From positions 1 through 38,162 of IMG/VR virus record IMGVR_UViG_3300039180_001510: 38,162 nt of DNA. The stretch is one strand, 5' to 3'. Source of the DNA: a virus (taxonomy: Duplodnaviria; Caudoviricetes). A program made the translations under genes and the position numbers. Position 1 is the first letter of the stretch. Every line of letters begins with the position of its first letter. The notes beneath the pieces are model-generated. The model was given only the letters and a program-made list of their open reading frames with translations. It was not told the origin of the DNA and searched no databases. Below, one piece after another: positions 1-8,775 of the stretch.

Positions 1-2
1 AA

Positions 3-983
3 TGTTCAAATCCTATAGCAGAACCAGAATTCATTAAACCATATTTTGGTTTACGTTTATTCCCAGTATGGCATGTTGGTACAGATTATTTACATGAAAT
101 AGGTAAAAATTGGTATGACTTTTTAGTAGAGGGGGGTGTTGAATTTATTTGGGAAACTAGAGTTACTAACCTTGATTTTGAAAACCAATTAGTAACCTTA
201 GGTGTTGTAGATGAAATTTCATATGACACACTTATATTTGGTGTAGGTAAATCAGGTATTGACTTTGGTAAACAATTAGCTGAAAAGTATGATTTACCAA
301 CGGAACCAAAACCAGTACAAATAGGTGTTCGATTTGAAGCACCACAGAAACATTTCCAAAAATTAATTGATGTATCTTACGATTTCAAATTATATAGAAA
401 ATATGAAGACAAAGGAGTATCATTACGTTCTTTCTGTACAAACAACAATGCAGCATATGTTGCCGTTGAAGAAACGTATGGAGATCATTCATATAATGGG
501 CACGCTAAAAAAGATGAAGCGTTTAGAAATAATATGACCAATTTTGGTATATTAATGGAGGTTCAAGGAATTGATAAACCATTTGAATGGTCAAGAGATG
601 TAGTTAAAAAATTACAAATAGATGGCACAGGATTATATTATAGTCCAACACGTAAACCATCTACAACATCAGAAGGTGAAAATGTATCCGCTATCCAAGT
701 AGATACATTACATAAAATAGCAAAATCAATGCAACCATACTTTATGTATGTATATGATTTTATTGAGGACATGAAAAAAGTGTTCCCAACATTAAAAGAC
801 GATTGGGGTATTTATGTACCTGAAGTAAAATATCTATCACCTGAGCCACTTGTCGATTATACTAATCTAGCTCTCACCAAATATAGTAATGTCCACTTCG
901 TTGGAGATGCTTTATCAGCTAGGGGTATAACGGTAAGTGGTGCACAAGGGACTTATGTTGCAGAACATATATTAAAAAATTAG
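3..983 (+). CDS. FAD-dependent oxidoreductase/dehydrogenase (COG2509-like), 5'-truncated by window edge
   Basis: Frame of ORF 534..983 is open from base 3 (CSNPIAEPEF...WHVGTD...LIFGVGKSG...QIGVRFE...RSFCTN...YNGH...); C-terminal FAD motif HFVGDALSARGITVSGAQG. Confidence 0.8.
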   Translation, partial: CSNPIAEPEFIKPYFGLRLFPVWHVGTDYLHEIGKNWYDFLVEGGVEFIWETRVTNLDFENQLVTLGVVDEISYDTLIFGVGKSGIDFGKQLAEKYDLPTEPKPVQIGVRFEAPQKHFQKLIDVSYDFKLYRKYEDKGVSLRSFCTNNNAAYVAVEETYGDHSYNGHAKKDEAFRNNMTNFGILMEVQGIDKPFEWSRDVVKKLQIDGTGLYYSPTRKPSTTSEGENVSAIQVDTLHKIAKSMQPYFMYVYDFIEDMKKVFPTLKDDWGIYVPEVKYLSPEPLVDYTNLALTKYSNVHFVGDALSARGITVSGAQGTYVAEHILKN

Positions 984-1011
984 GATAACACGTATAAATT
1001 TCGTATATTTA
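980..1011 (+). promoter_or_regulatory. Putative early/middle promoter, Bacteroidota sigma70-like (TTAGG-N16-TCGTATATTTA)
   Basis: Same two boxes with identical 16-nt spacing at 31385-31416 and 33522-33553; resembles the Bacteroidota -33 TTTG / -7 TAnnTTTG promoter. Confidence 0.7.
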
Positions 1012-1028
1012 CGATAAATAATAATATT

Positions 1029-1295
1029 ATGGCTAAAACAACTAAAACACCATTCCCACAAAGTAGAAAATTAAAACAAGCAGATGGTACTATTGCCTAT
1101 GTTTGGGACGGAAAACTTCACAACTGGGAGGGTCCCGCTCTTTTACCTGAAGGTAAGAGAAAGAACGCAGAATATCATTTATATGGTATCAAACATAGTA
1201 AAGACGAATGGAACGAGATTAGACAACAGAGAGAGGGTTTACCTTATTATAAAAATCAATCAATGAAAGCATCACTTTCAGATTATAGAAACTAA
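1029..1295 (+). CDS. Hypothetical protein with a single GKLHxxxGPA motif
   Basis: 88-aa ORF after promoter; DGKLHNWEGPA resembles the GKLHREDGPA repeat unit common in phage proteins. Confidence 0.65.
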   Translation: MAKTTKTPFPQSRKLKQADGTIAYVWDGKLHNWEGPALLPEGKRKNAEYHLYGIKHSKDEWNEIRQQREGLPYYKNQSMKASLSDYRN

Positions 1296-1298
1296 AAT

Positions 1299-1829
1299 AT
1301 GAAAATAGGTTTATGTGGTACAATGAGTGTAGGTAAAACTACATTAGTAAATGCTTTAAAAGAGTTAGATCAATTTAAGGGTTATAAATTTGCAACAGAA
1401 CGTAGCCAACATTTAATGTCTTTAGGCATTCCTTTAAATACCGATTCAACATTAAAGGGACAAACAGTGTTTTTAGCTGAACGTTGTGGTGAATTAATGC
1501 ACGATAACATAATTACAGATAGAACTATACTTGATGTAATGGCGTTTACAATGAATGCTAAATCTATACCTTATCAAGATAAAGAAGCATTTGAAATATA
1601 TGCTAGTGAATTCATTAGGGAATATGATTACATATTTTATATATCTCCTCATGGGTTAGAAATTGAAGATAATGGGGTACGTGAAACAGATGAGCATTAT
1701 AGAGACTTAATTGATTTTACAATTACCACATTAATTAAAAGACACGGACATAAAGCGGGCGCAATAGAAAAAATATCGGGTTCAACAGAAGAACGTATTC
1801 AACAAATATTGAATGTTACTAAACTTTAA
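1299..1829 (+). CDS. P-loop NTPase / nucleotide kinase-like protein (NadR/AAA_28 type)
   Basis: N-terminal Walker A GTMSVGKTT, ITDRT, YDYIFY and DNGVRE motifs. Confidence 0.75.
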   Translation: MKIGLCGTMSVGKTTLVNALKELDQFKGYKFATERSQHLMSLGIPLNTDSTLKGQTVFLAERCGELMHDNIITDRTILDVMAFTMNAKSIPYQDKEAFEIYASEFIREYDYIFYISPHGLEIEDNGVRETDEHYRDLIDFTITTLIKRHGHKAGAIEKISGSTEERIQQILNVTKL

Positions 1830-1830
1830 C

Positions 1831-1844
1831 ATATTTATAATAAA
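1831..1844 (+). promoter_or_regulatory. Putative late promoter ATATTTATAA(TAAA)
   Basis: Motif recurs in intergenic gaps upstream of structural genes throughout the window. Confidence 0.75.
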
Positions 1845-1855
1845 ATACCTTTATA

Positions 1856-2548
1856 ATGAAAAAATCTGAATTAAAAAAATACATTAGAGAAAATATAATC
1901 TCCGAATTATCTGAATCTACAGAGGATGAAATTAACAAAACCAAAGAACTAACACAAGCAGTTCAAGATCTGGAATCAGCTAAAAAAGAAGCTGGTATAG
2001 AAGAAGATGCAACCTCAAAAAGAGAAGATTTTTGGGCTGATTATCAAGATATAGGTCAATTTTACTTAGAAGGATTTGGTAGGGAACATACTTTAACAGA
2101 CAGCCAGTTAGAAAAACTAGGTAAAAAAATAGTGGATCAATTATATAAAGGTGATGTTGGTAAAGCATATGATGCCATTGTTAAAAGAGGCTCAATGAAA
2201 GAAGCATCATACTCCAATCAATATGTAGATAAAAATAGGATTGCAAGTAATAAGTATAAACAAGCTAATGATTATAAAGCATCTTATGATGGTATTGGAC
2301 AAGTTTCTTCTGAAAAACAATTTGATGATGATAATATAGATAAAAAAGCAGTTAAAGGGGCTAAAAAAAATAAGGGTTTATCTAAAGCAGCTGAAGAATT
2401 AGCTTTATTAACTCGTGAAATGAAGTCATTAGCTAAGAAATATTCTAAAGCTGAAGGTGCTGACAAAGAAAAATTAGTTAAAATCTTAAAAGATAAAACT
2501 AAATTAAAAAAAGAATTAGAAAGTATATTAGATAATAAAAAGATATAA
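1856..2548 (+). CDS. Putative internal head/virion protein (Glu/Lys-rich, modular)
   Basis: Follows late motif; N-terminus MKKSELKKYIRENIISELSE rich in hydrophobic-X-E sites like gp21 substrates; shares AGIEEDA with ORF 8776. Confidence 0.5.
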   Translation: MKKSELKKYIRENIISELSESTEDEINKTKELTQAVQDLESAKKEAGIEEDATSKREDFWADYQDIGQFYLEGFGREHTLTDSQLEKLGKKIVDQLYKGDVGKAYDAIVKRGSMKEASYSNQYVDKNRIASNKYKQANDYKASYDGIGQVSSEKQFDDDNIDKKAVKGAKKNKGLSKAAEELALLTREMKSLAKKYSKAEGADKEKLVKILKDKTKLKKELESILDNKKI

Positions 2549-2931
2549 TGTCATCTAAAGAAAGGTTTTTATATTTTGCTATAATATTTTTTAGTGTTTA
2601 TTATTTGGTTAATATGTACTCCTCAAATGAGGAAGAATATATTACTGAATATAACAGTAAAATAGAAGCCTTGAATGATAAAATTAATTCTTTACATGAT
2701 GTAAATGAGAACTTAACATTAGAAATTGATGTGTTAACTACTCAAATATCAGTATTAGACCAAGAAATTAGTAAGCAAGATAGTAAAATAGTTATATTAA
2801 AAAAACAAACAAATGAGAAAGTTAATAATGTTGATTCTTATAGGGATGATGAGCTTGAACAGTTTTTCACAGAACGTTATAGACAGTACCTCGATTCAAT
2901 TAAAAAAACCAATAGTTCGATTAGTAATTAA
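2548..2931 (+). CDS. Membrane-anchored coiled-coil protein (inner-spanin-like)
   Basis: N-terminal TM FLYFAIIFFSVYYLV followed by heptad coiled coil; 3' end overlaps next gene by 119 nt. Confidence 0.55.
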   Translation: MSSKERFLYFAIIFFSVYYLVNMYSSNEEEYITEYNSKIEALNDKINSLHDVNENLTLEIDVLTTQISVLDQEISKQDSKIVILKKQTNEKVNNVDSYRDDELEQFFTERYRQYLDSIKKTNSSISN

Positions 2932-3217
2932 GGATTTAATAATCGGGGATAGTTTTAAAAAAGAATTAAGTTTAATAACAACCAAATATTCACTATTAGA
3001 AAATAAGGTAGTATTAAAAGATAGCGTTATTAATAATCTTAACTTTCAAATTAATAATTTTAATTCTATATTAAATACAAAAGGGTCTCAACTAGAATTT
3101 ACTAAACAATTAAATGATAAATTAAGACTTGAAATTAAAAAACAAAGGATTAAAAATAAAATTTTGGGGGGTGCTGGTTTAATAGCACTTGGTGGTGTAA
3201 TACTTATATTAAAATAA
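2813..3217 (+). CDS. Secreted coiled-coil protein with C-terminal hydrophobic tail (spanin-partner-like)
   Basis: Signal peptide MRKLIMLILIGMMSLNSFS|Q, coiled coil, C-terminal ILGGAGLIALGGVILILK; no Cys, so no lipobox. Confidence 0.5.
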   Translation: MRKLIMLILIGMMSLNSFSQNVIDSTSIQLKKPIVRLVIKDLIIGDSFKKELSLITTKYSLLENKVVLKDSVINNLNFQINNFNSILNTKGSQLEFTKQLNDKLRLEIKKQRIKNKILGGAGLIALGGVILILK

Positions 3218-3221
3218 CTGC

Positions 3222-4793
3222 ATGTCAGACTTAAAAAAAGTAATTCGCCAAGAATATCTTAAATGTGCCCAGGACCCGATACATTTTATGCGTAAATACT
3301 GTTATATACAGCATCCACAACGCGGCCGCATACAATTCAACCTGTACCCCTTTCAAGAAAAAGTATTAACGTTATTTCAAAACAACGATTATAGTGCTAT
3401 ATTAAAATCTAGACAATTAGGTATATCCACTTTAGCAGCAGGTTATTCATTATGGTTAATGACATTTCATAAAGATCGAAATGTACTAGCATTAGCAACT
3501 ACACAGTCAACAGCAAGAAATTTAGTAACAAAAGTACAATTCATGTGGGAGAATTTACCCTCATGGCTTAAAGTAGATTCTGCCGAAAATAATAAGTTAT
3601 CTTTAAGATTAACTAATGGTTCAAAAATACAAGCTAAATCTTCAAACGCTGATGCTGCACGTTCAGAAGCAGTATCTTTACTAATTATTGATGAAGCAGC
3701 CTTTATTGATAATATTGCTGAGACATGGGCATCTGCTCAACAAACATTAGCAACGGGTGGTGGTGCTATTGTATTATCAACTCCTTATGGTACAGGTAAT
3801 TGGTTTCATCAAACGTGGGTTAAAGCTGAAAGTGGAGAAAATGATTTTTTACCAATCAAACTACCATGGTATGTACACCCAGAAAGAGATCAAAAATGGA
3901 GAGATGCTCAAGATGTTTTATTAGGTGATCCTAGACTAGCGGCACAAGAATGTGATTGTGATTTTAGTACATCAGGTGATATTGTATTTTATAACGAGTA
4001 TTTAGAATATTACGAAAAAAGTTTTATTAAAGATCCCTTAGAGCGTAGAGGGGCAGACCAAAACCTTTGGGTGTGGGAAAATGCTGATTACACTAGATCT
4101 TATATGGTAGTAGCCGATGTTGCTCGTGGTGATGGGAAAGATTTTTCTACTTGTCATGTAATGGATGTTGAAACTAATGTTCAAGTAGCTGAATATAAAG
4201 GACAAATTGGTACAAAAGAATTTGGTCATTTGCTAGTAGGCTTAGCTACAGAATATAATGAAGCATTGCTTGTAATAGAAAATGCTAATATAGGGTGGGC
4301 AACAATACAAGTAGCTATTGATAGACAATATTCTAACCTTTACTATTCACAACGGGGTGGAGAGGCCAATGCTAATTCGTATTTTGATAAATATCAGGAC
4401 CACTCAAAAATGGTAGCTGGTTTTACTATGTCATCTAGAACCCGACCTATGGTTATAGGAAAGTTTCAAGAATATATAGCAGATAAAAGTGTAACCATTC
4501 ATTCAAAAAGGTTAGTAGAAGAAATGAAGGTGTTTATTTGGAAAAACGGTAGAGCAGAAGCACAAACTGGGTATAATGATGATTTAGTTATAGCTTTTGG
4601 TACCGCTATGTACATTAGAGATACGGCATTAAAATTTAAACAAAGAGGATTAGATTTAACAAAATCTGCATTAAGTAACATGAAAGTTAATAGAACACCC
4701 TATCAAGGTAGTTATGGTTTTTCAAAAGGAGCAGATAATCCTTACCATATGGATACTAAAGGTGGTAAAGAAAACATTGATTGGTTACTATAG
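3222..4793 (+). CDS. terL: Terminase large subunit (T4 gp17-like)
   Basis: LYPFQ, Walker A KSRQLGIST, Walker B LLIIDEAAF, coupling motif LSTPYG, nuclease VADVARG...D and NDDLV. Confidence 0.95.
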   Translation: MSDLKKVIRQEYLKCAQDPIHFMRKYCYIQHPQRGRIQFNLYPFQEKVLTLFQNNDYSAILKSRQLGISTLAAGYSLWLMTFHKDRNVLALATTQSTARNLVTKVQFMWENLPSWLKVDSAENNKLSLRLTNGSKIQAKSSNADAARSEAVSLLIIDEAAFIDNIAETWASAQQTLATGGGAIVLSTPYGTGNWFHQTWVKAESGENDFLPIKLPWYVHPERDQKWRDAQDVLLGDPRLAAQECDCDFSTSGDIVFYNEYLEYYEKSFIKDPLERRGADQNLWVWENADYTRSYMVVADVARGDGKDFSTCHVMDVETNVQVAEYKGQIGTKEFGHLLVGLATEYNEALLVIENANIGWATIQVAIDRQYSNLYYSQRGGEANANSYFDKYQDHSKMVAGFTMSSRTRPMVIGKFQEYIADKSVTIHSKRLVEEMKVFIWKNGRAEAQTGYNDDLVIAFGTAMYIRDTALKFKQRGLDLTKSALSNMKVNRTPYQGSYGFSKGADNPYHMDTKGGKENIDWLL

Positions 4794-4795
4794 TA

Positions 4796-4805
4796 ATATT
4801 TATAA
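4796..4805 (+). promoter_or_regulatory. Putative late promoter ATATTTATAA
   Basis: Exact motif 15 nt upstream of portal ATG. Confidence 0.75.
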
Positions 4806-4820
4806 CAATAATAATAAATT

Positions 4821-6731
4821 ATGGCTGATAAAAGCGTATTTACAAGATTAAAAAGATTATTTTCAACAGATGTAATAATCAGAAATGTTGGTGGAGACCA
4901 AATTAAAACTATTGACTCAGGTCATGTTCAGTCTAGTGGTGAATATGAAACCAACGCTTTAGTAGATAGATACAATAGGATATATTCTACAGCTCCTTCA
5001 TCTTTGTATGGAGCACAGTTTAATCTAAACTATCAGTACATGCGTACATTCATCTATTCAGAATATGATGTGATGGATCAAGATGCTATTATAGCTTCAG
5101 CTTTAGACATATTAGCTGATGAATCTACTCTTAAAAATGATATGGGTGAAGTATTATCTATACGAAGTGCTAATGAGGACATTCAAAAAATATTATATAA
5201 TCTATTTTATGATGTATTAAATATTGAATTTAATATGTGGATGTGGATACGTCAAATGTGTAAGTATGGGGATTTTTTCTTAAAACTAGAAATTGCAGAA
5301 AAATTCGGTGTATATAATGTTATACCTTATACTGCTTACCATATGGAAAGACAAGAAGGATATGACCCAGAAAACCCTGCAGCAATTCGTTATAGATATA
5401 ATCCAGAGGGTGTAAATGGTGGAGGAAATGCAGGTTCCGGTTATTATACAGTAAATCAAAACGAAGATAATGAGACAGGTATAGTATTTGACAATTATGA
5501 AATGGCTCACTTTAGATTAATAGGAGATGTTAATTATCTTCCTTATGGTAGAGCTTATATTGAACCCGCAAGAAAATTATACAAACAATATTCATTAATG
5601 GAGGATGCAATGTTAATTCATAGAATTGCTCGTGCACCAGAAAAAAGAGTATTTTATGTAAATGTTGGAGCCATTCCACCTAATGAAATAGAGGCATTTA
5701 TGCAAAAAACTATTTCAAGTATGAAACGTACTCCAATGATGGATGAAAAAACGGGTGAATACAATTTAAAATATAACATGCAGAATATGTTAGAAGACTT
5801 TTACATCCCAGTAAGAGGTAATGATAACACAACTAAAATTGATACTTCACCAGGATTACAATATGATGGTATACAAGATGTAGAATATTTAAGAGGTAAA
5901 CTGTTTGCTGCCCTTAAAATACCAAAAGCATTTTTGGGGTATGAAGAAGGTGTAGAAGGTAAAGCTACCTTAGCCCAACAAGATATTAGATTTGCACGTA
6001 CTATTGATAGAATACAAAGAATTATATTATCTGAACTTAATAAAATTGCCTTAGTCCATTTATACACACAAGGATATACAGACGAATCATTAACTAATTT
6101 TACATTAGACATGACAACTCCTTCTATCATTTATGATCAAGAAAGAATTGAATTAATGAAATCTAAAGCTGAATTATCTGGTACATTATTAGAGCAAGGT
6201 TTAGTACCATCTGATTGGATATATGATCACATTTATCACTTTAGTGAAGATCAATATGAGGAATACAGAGAATTAGCTAGAGAAGATGCTAAACGTAAAT
6301 TTAGACTTAAACAAATAGAGGAAGAAGGTAATGACCCACAAGAAACAGGTCAATCATATGGAACCCCTCATGATTTAGCTTCATTATATGGTAAGGGTAG
6401 AACAATGTCTGACCCGGGCAATGTACCTGATGGGTATGATGAAAAAGCTGAGTTAGGCCGTCCTAAAAATTCGATTACTAAAAGAAATACCCAAGCGGAT
6501 AATTTTGGTAAAGATAGATTAGGTACTAAACGTATGAAAGATAAAGATAATAATGGTGGTGATTCAATAAACCCTAAATTTAAAGGTGGTCCTTTAGCCC
6601 TTGAAAATGCCAATACCGTTTACTTACAAAATAAGCAAATATTTGAAGCTATGGATAAGAAAAAATTGGTATTCCAATCCGATAAAGATGATACTACTTT
6701 ATTAGATGAATCTCAGTTGAAGGAACAATAA
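4821..6731 (+). CDS. Portal protein (T4 gp20-like)
   Basis: LMEDAMLIHRIARAPEKRVFYVNVG, MLEDFYIPVRG, ALKIPK and DIRFAR motifs typical of gp20; follows terminase. Confidence 0.95.
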   Translation: MADKSVFTRLKRLFSTDVIIRNVGGDQIKTIDSGHVQSSGEYETNALVDRYNRIYSTAPSSLYGAQFNLNYQYMRTFIYSEYDVMDQDAIIASALDILADESTLKNDMGEVLSIRSANEDIQKILYNLFYDVLNIEFNMWMWIRQMCKYGDFFLKLEIAEKFGVYNVIPYTAYHMERQEGYDPENPAAIRYRYNPEGVNGGGNAGSGYYTVNQNEDNETGIVFDNYEMAHFRLIGDVNYLPYGRAYIEPARKLYKQYSLMEDAMLIHRIARAPEKRVFYVNVGAIPPNEIEAFMQKTISSMKRTPMMDEKTGEYNLKYNMQNMLEDFYIPVRGNDNTTKIDTSPGLQYDGIQDVEYLRGKLFAALKIPKAFLGYEEGVEGKATLAQQDIRFARTIDRIQRIILSELNKIALVHLYTQGYTDESLTNFTLDMTTPSIIYDQERIELMKSKAELSGTLLEQGLVPSDWIYDHIYHFSEDQYEEYRELAREDAKRKFRLKQIEEEGNDPQETGQSYGTPHDLASLYGKGRTMSDPGNVPDGYDEKAELGRPKNSITKRNTQADNFGKDRLGTKRMKDKDNNGGDSINPKFKGGPLALENANTVYLQNKQIFEAMDKKKLVFQSDKDDTTLLDESQLKEQ

Positions 6732-6738
6732 TTTTTAT

Positions 6739-6752
6739 ATATTTATAATAAA
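6739..6752 (+). promoter_or_regulatory. Putative late promoter ATATTTATAATAAA
   Basis: Exact motif upstream of ATG at 6763. Confidence 0.75.
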
Positions 6753-6762
6753 ATATTTTTTG

Positions 6763-7626
6763 ATGAATATTAAACACTCAAAATACAAAAATACAGGAAT
6801 TCTATTTGAATTGCTAGTACGCCAAATAACGGCAGATACATTAAAGGGGGGTGATTCACCTGCTATTGATATTTTAAAAGAATATTTTGTAAAAACCGAA
6901 TTAGGAAGAGAATATAAATTATATGAATCCATAGTTAAATCTAAGGTATTATCCGAAGTTAAAGCTATTATAGTCATTAATTCTATTTTAGAGATTAATA
7001 ATAACCTAAATAGAAAAGCAATTAAGAGACAAAAATATAATTTAATAAATGAAATCAAAACCCATTACAACTTAGAATCCTTTTTTGGTTATAAGATAAA
7101 GGGTTATAAGGAATTAGCTTCATTATATACTTTGATTGAATCCTTTAATTCTAATAGTAAGGTAGCTACAAAACAGATAATAGATAGTAAAATTACCTTA
7201 TTAGAATATTTGACTAAAAATAAAATTGAACCTAAGTCTCAAAATACAGTATTAGAAGAATTTTCTGGGTATGATAAGGATGTAAGAACTTTAACTTACA
7301 AAATCCTTCTAGAAAAATTTAATGATAAGTATGATTTATTAACAAAAGACCAAAAACAAGTCCTTAAAGAATATATTACGGCCGTAGATTCAACCCCAGA
7401 TTTAAGAAATTTTTACAACAGTAAAATTTTAGATTTAAAATCTACATTAACCGAAATTACTAAAAATATTAAGGATAAAGCTACTCAAATAAAAATTACT
7501 GAAGTAACTAAATTTTTAACTGAATTAAAGAAAACTGATAAAGTTGGAGATGATAATTTAGTGGATTTGTTACGTTATTATCAATTAGTAAGCGAAATAA
7601 AAACAGCAAATGGCGTACAAATATAA
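6763..7626 (+). CDS. Hypothetical head-module protein (possible prohead core)
   Basis: ORF between portal and protease; ATG at 6763 preferred to TTG at 6760; helical, KHSKYKNTGILFELLVRQIT N-terminus. Confidence 0.65.
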   Translation: MNIKHSKYKNTGILFELLVRQITADTLKGGDSPAIDILKEYFVKTELGREYKLYESIVKSKVLSEVKAIIVINSILEINNNLNRKAIKRQKYNLINEIKTHYNLESFFGYKIKGYKELASLYTLIESFNSNSKVATKQIIDSKITLLEYLTKNKIEPKSQNTVLEEFSGYDKDVRTLTYKILLEKFNDKYDLLTKDQKQVLKEYITAVDSTPDLRNFYNSKILDLKSTLTEITKNIKDKATQIKITEVTKFLTELKKTDKVGDDNLVDLLRYYQLVSEIKTANGVQI

Positions 7627-8533
7627 ACTTAAAGAATTTGAAATAGGAGATGTAAAAGTTGATAACGGTACTAAATCTACTGTTACAGATATTGACTCTA
7701 CTACAGGTGCTATTTCTTGGTCTATTCAACAAATACCTAATATAGACAAATTAGTTGAAGATGTAGATGAATTAACAGCTACAGCTAAAAAAGTGTATCA
7801 AAAAGCAAAAGATGATAAGAAGTTCTTAGACATCTATGAGCAAGCTAGATCATTAAGAAATGTAATTCGTACCCATGTTAGAAATAACTACCCAGATGAC
7901 TATAAAAAGGCAATGAGGGAAAATATGAACGAAGAAAGTTCTTCTGTTTATAAAATGATTGTTGATTTAATATTAAATGCAAAATCCAAATATCCCGTCT
8001 ATTATAATACATCAAGAGGGTGGGTTAATGTAGGTGGAACAGGGTATCAAGGTGGAGATTTAGTTACTATATTTAAGGCAAAACAAGGACAATCAACAGG
8101 TATTAAAAACGTATTTTATAAAGCAGCACAAACACCTGATGAAACTAAAAAAGAAGTTGAAAGATTATCAAAAGGTAAGATTTCAGTTGATTTAGAAGGT
8201 AAAGGGTCTTCTGCAATTTTAAAATATAATTTAAGAGAAGAAGAAGAAGTAGAAGAAATGTCTACAACTGGTGGTGGAGCAGGATCCGCTACTTTTAGTG
8301 CTGGTACTGGAATGCAATATGCTACTCCTTACGCATTTAAAAAGAAAAAGAAAAAAGTAAAAGAAGACTCAAATAACCCCGGTAAAGATTTAGGACCAGG
8401 TCCTAAGGCATCAGAAGATGGTGTTAAAGATAATGCATACGTAAAACAATTTAAATATAAAATAGTCCCTAAAACTAAAGATGGTACTTATGTACAAAAA
8501 GGATCAGGACTCGACGTAAACAAATTATTTTAA
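7610..8533 (+). CDS. Putative internal head/prohead protein containing a capsid N-terminus-like peptide
   Basis: Head-module position; many hydrophobic-X-E sites; residues 216-238 match major capsid residues 58-80 at 17/23. Confidence 0.6.
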   Translation: MAYKYKLKEFEIGDVKVDNGTKSTVTDIDSTTGAISWSIQQIPNIDKLVEDVDELTATAKKVYQKAKDDKKFLDIYEQARSLRNVIRTHVRNNYPDDYKKAMRENMNEESSSVYKMIVDLILNAKSKYPVYYNTSRGWVNVGGTGYQGGDLVTIFKAKQGQSTGIKNVFYKAAQTPDETKKEVERLSKGKISVDLEGKGSSAILKYNLREEEEVEEMSTTGGGAGSATFSAGTGMQYATPYAFKKKKKKVKEDSNNPGKDLGPGPKASEDGVKDNAYVKQFKYKIVPKTKDGTYVQKGSGLDVNKLF

Positions 8534-8534
8534 T

Positions 8535-8768
8535 ATGTATAAGGGTAATATAAAAGAACAAGAAGATAAAGCATCTAAATTCCATAAGGAACGTGTAGAA
8601 GCTTTTGATAAACTAGAAGCCAGATTTGAAGATATTAAAAAATCAATTAAATTAGGTAAAATAGAAACAATAAAATACTATAGGGATAATCCAGATAGTT
8701 TTTCAGTCGTTATAGGCACAGATATGTTAAATGATTATTTCAACGATATAGAAACATTATTACAATAA
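8535..8768 (+). CDS. Small hypothetical head-module protein
   Basis: 77-aa ORF tightly packed between neighbours; MYKGNIKE leader. Confidence 0.65.
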   Translation: MYKGNIKEQEDKASKFHKERVEAFDKLEARFEDIKKSIKLGKIETIKYYRDNPDSFSVVIGTDMLNDYFNDIETLLQ

Positions 8769-8775
8769 AAACACC

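Noticed and set aside
1856-2548. Small terminase assignment by position
   Set aside because: No recognisable small-terminase features; composition fits processed head proteins better. Not excluded without a profile search.
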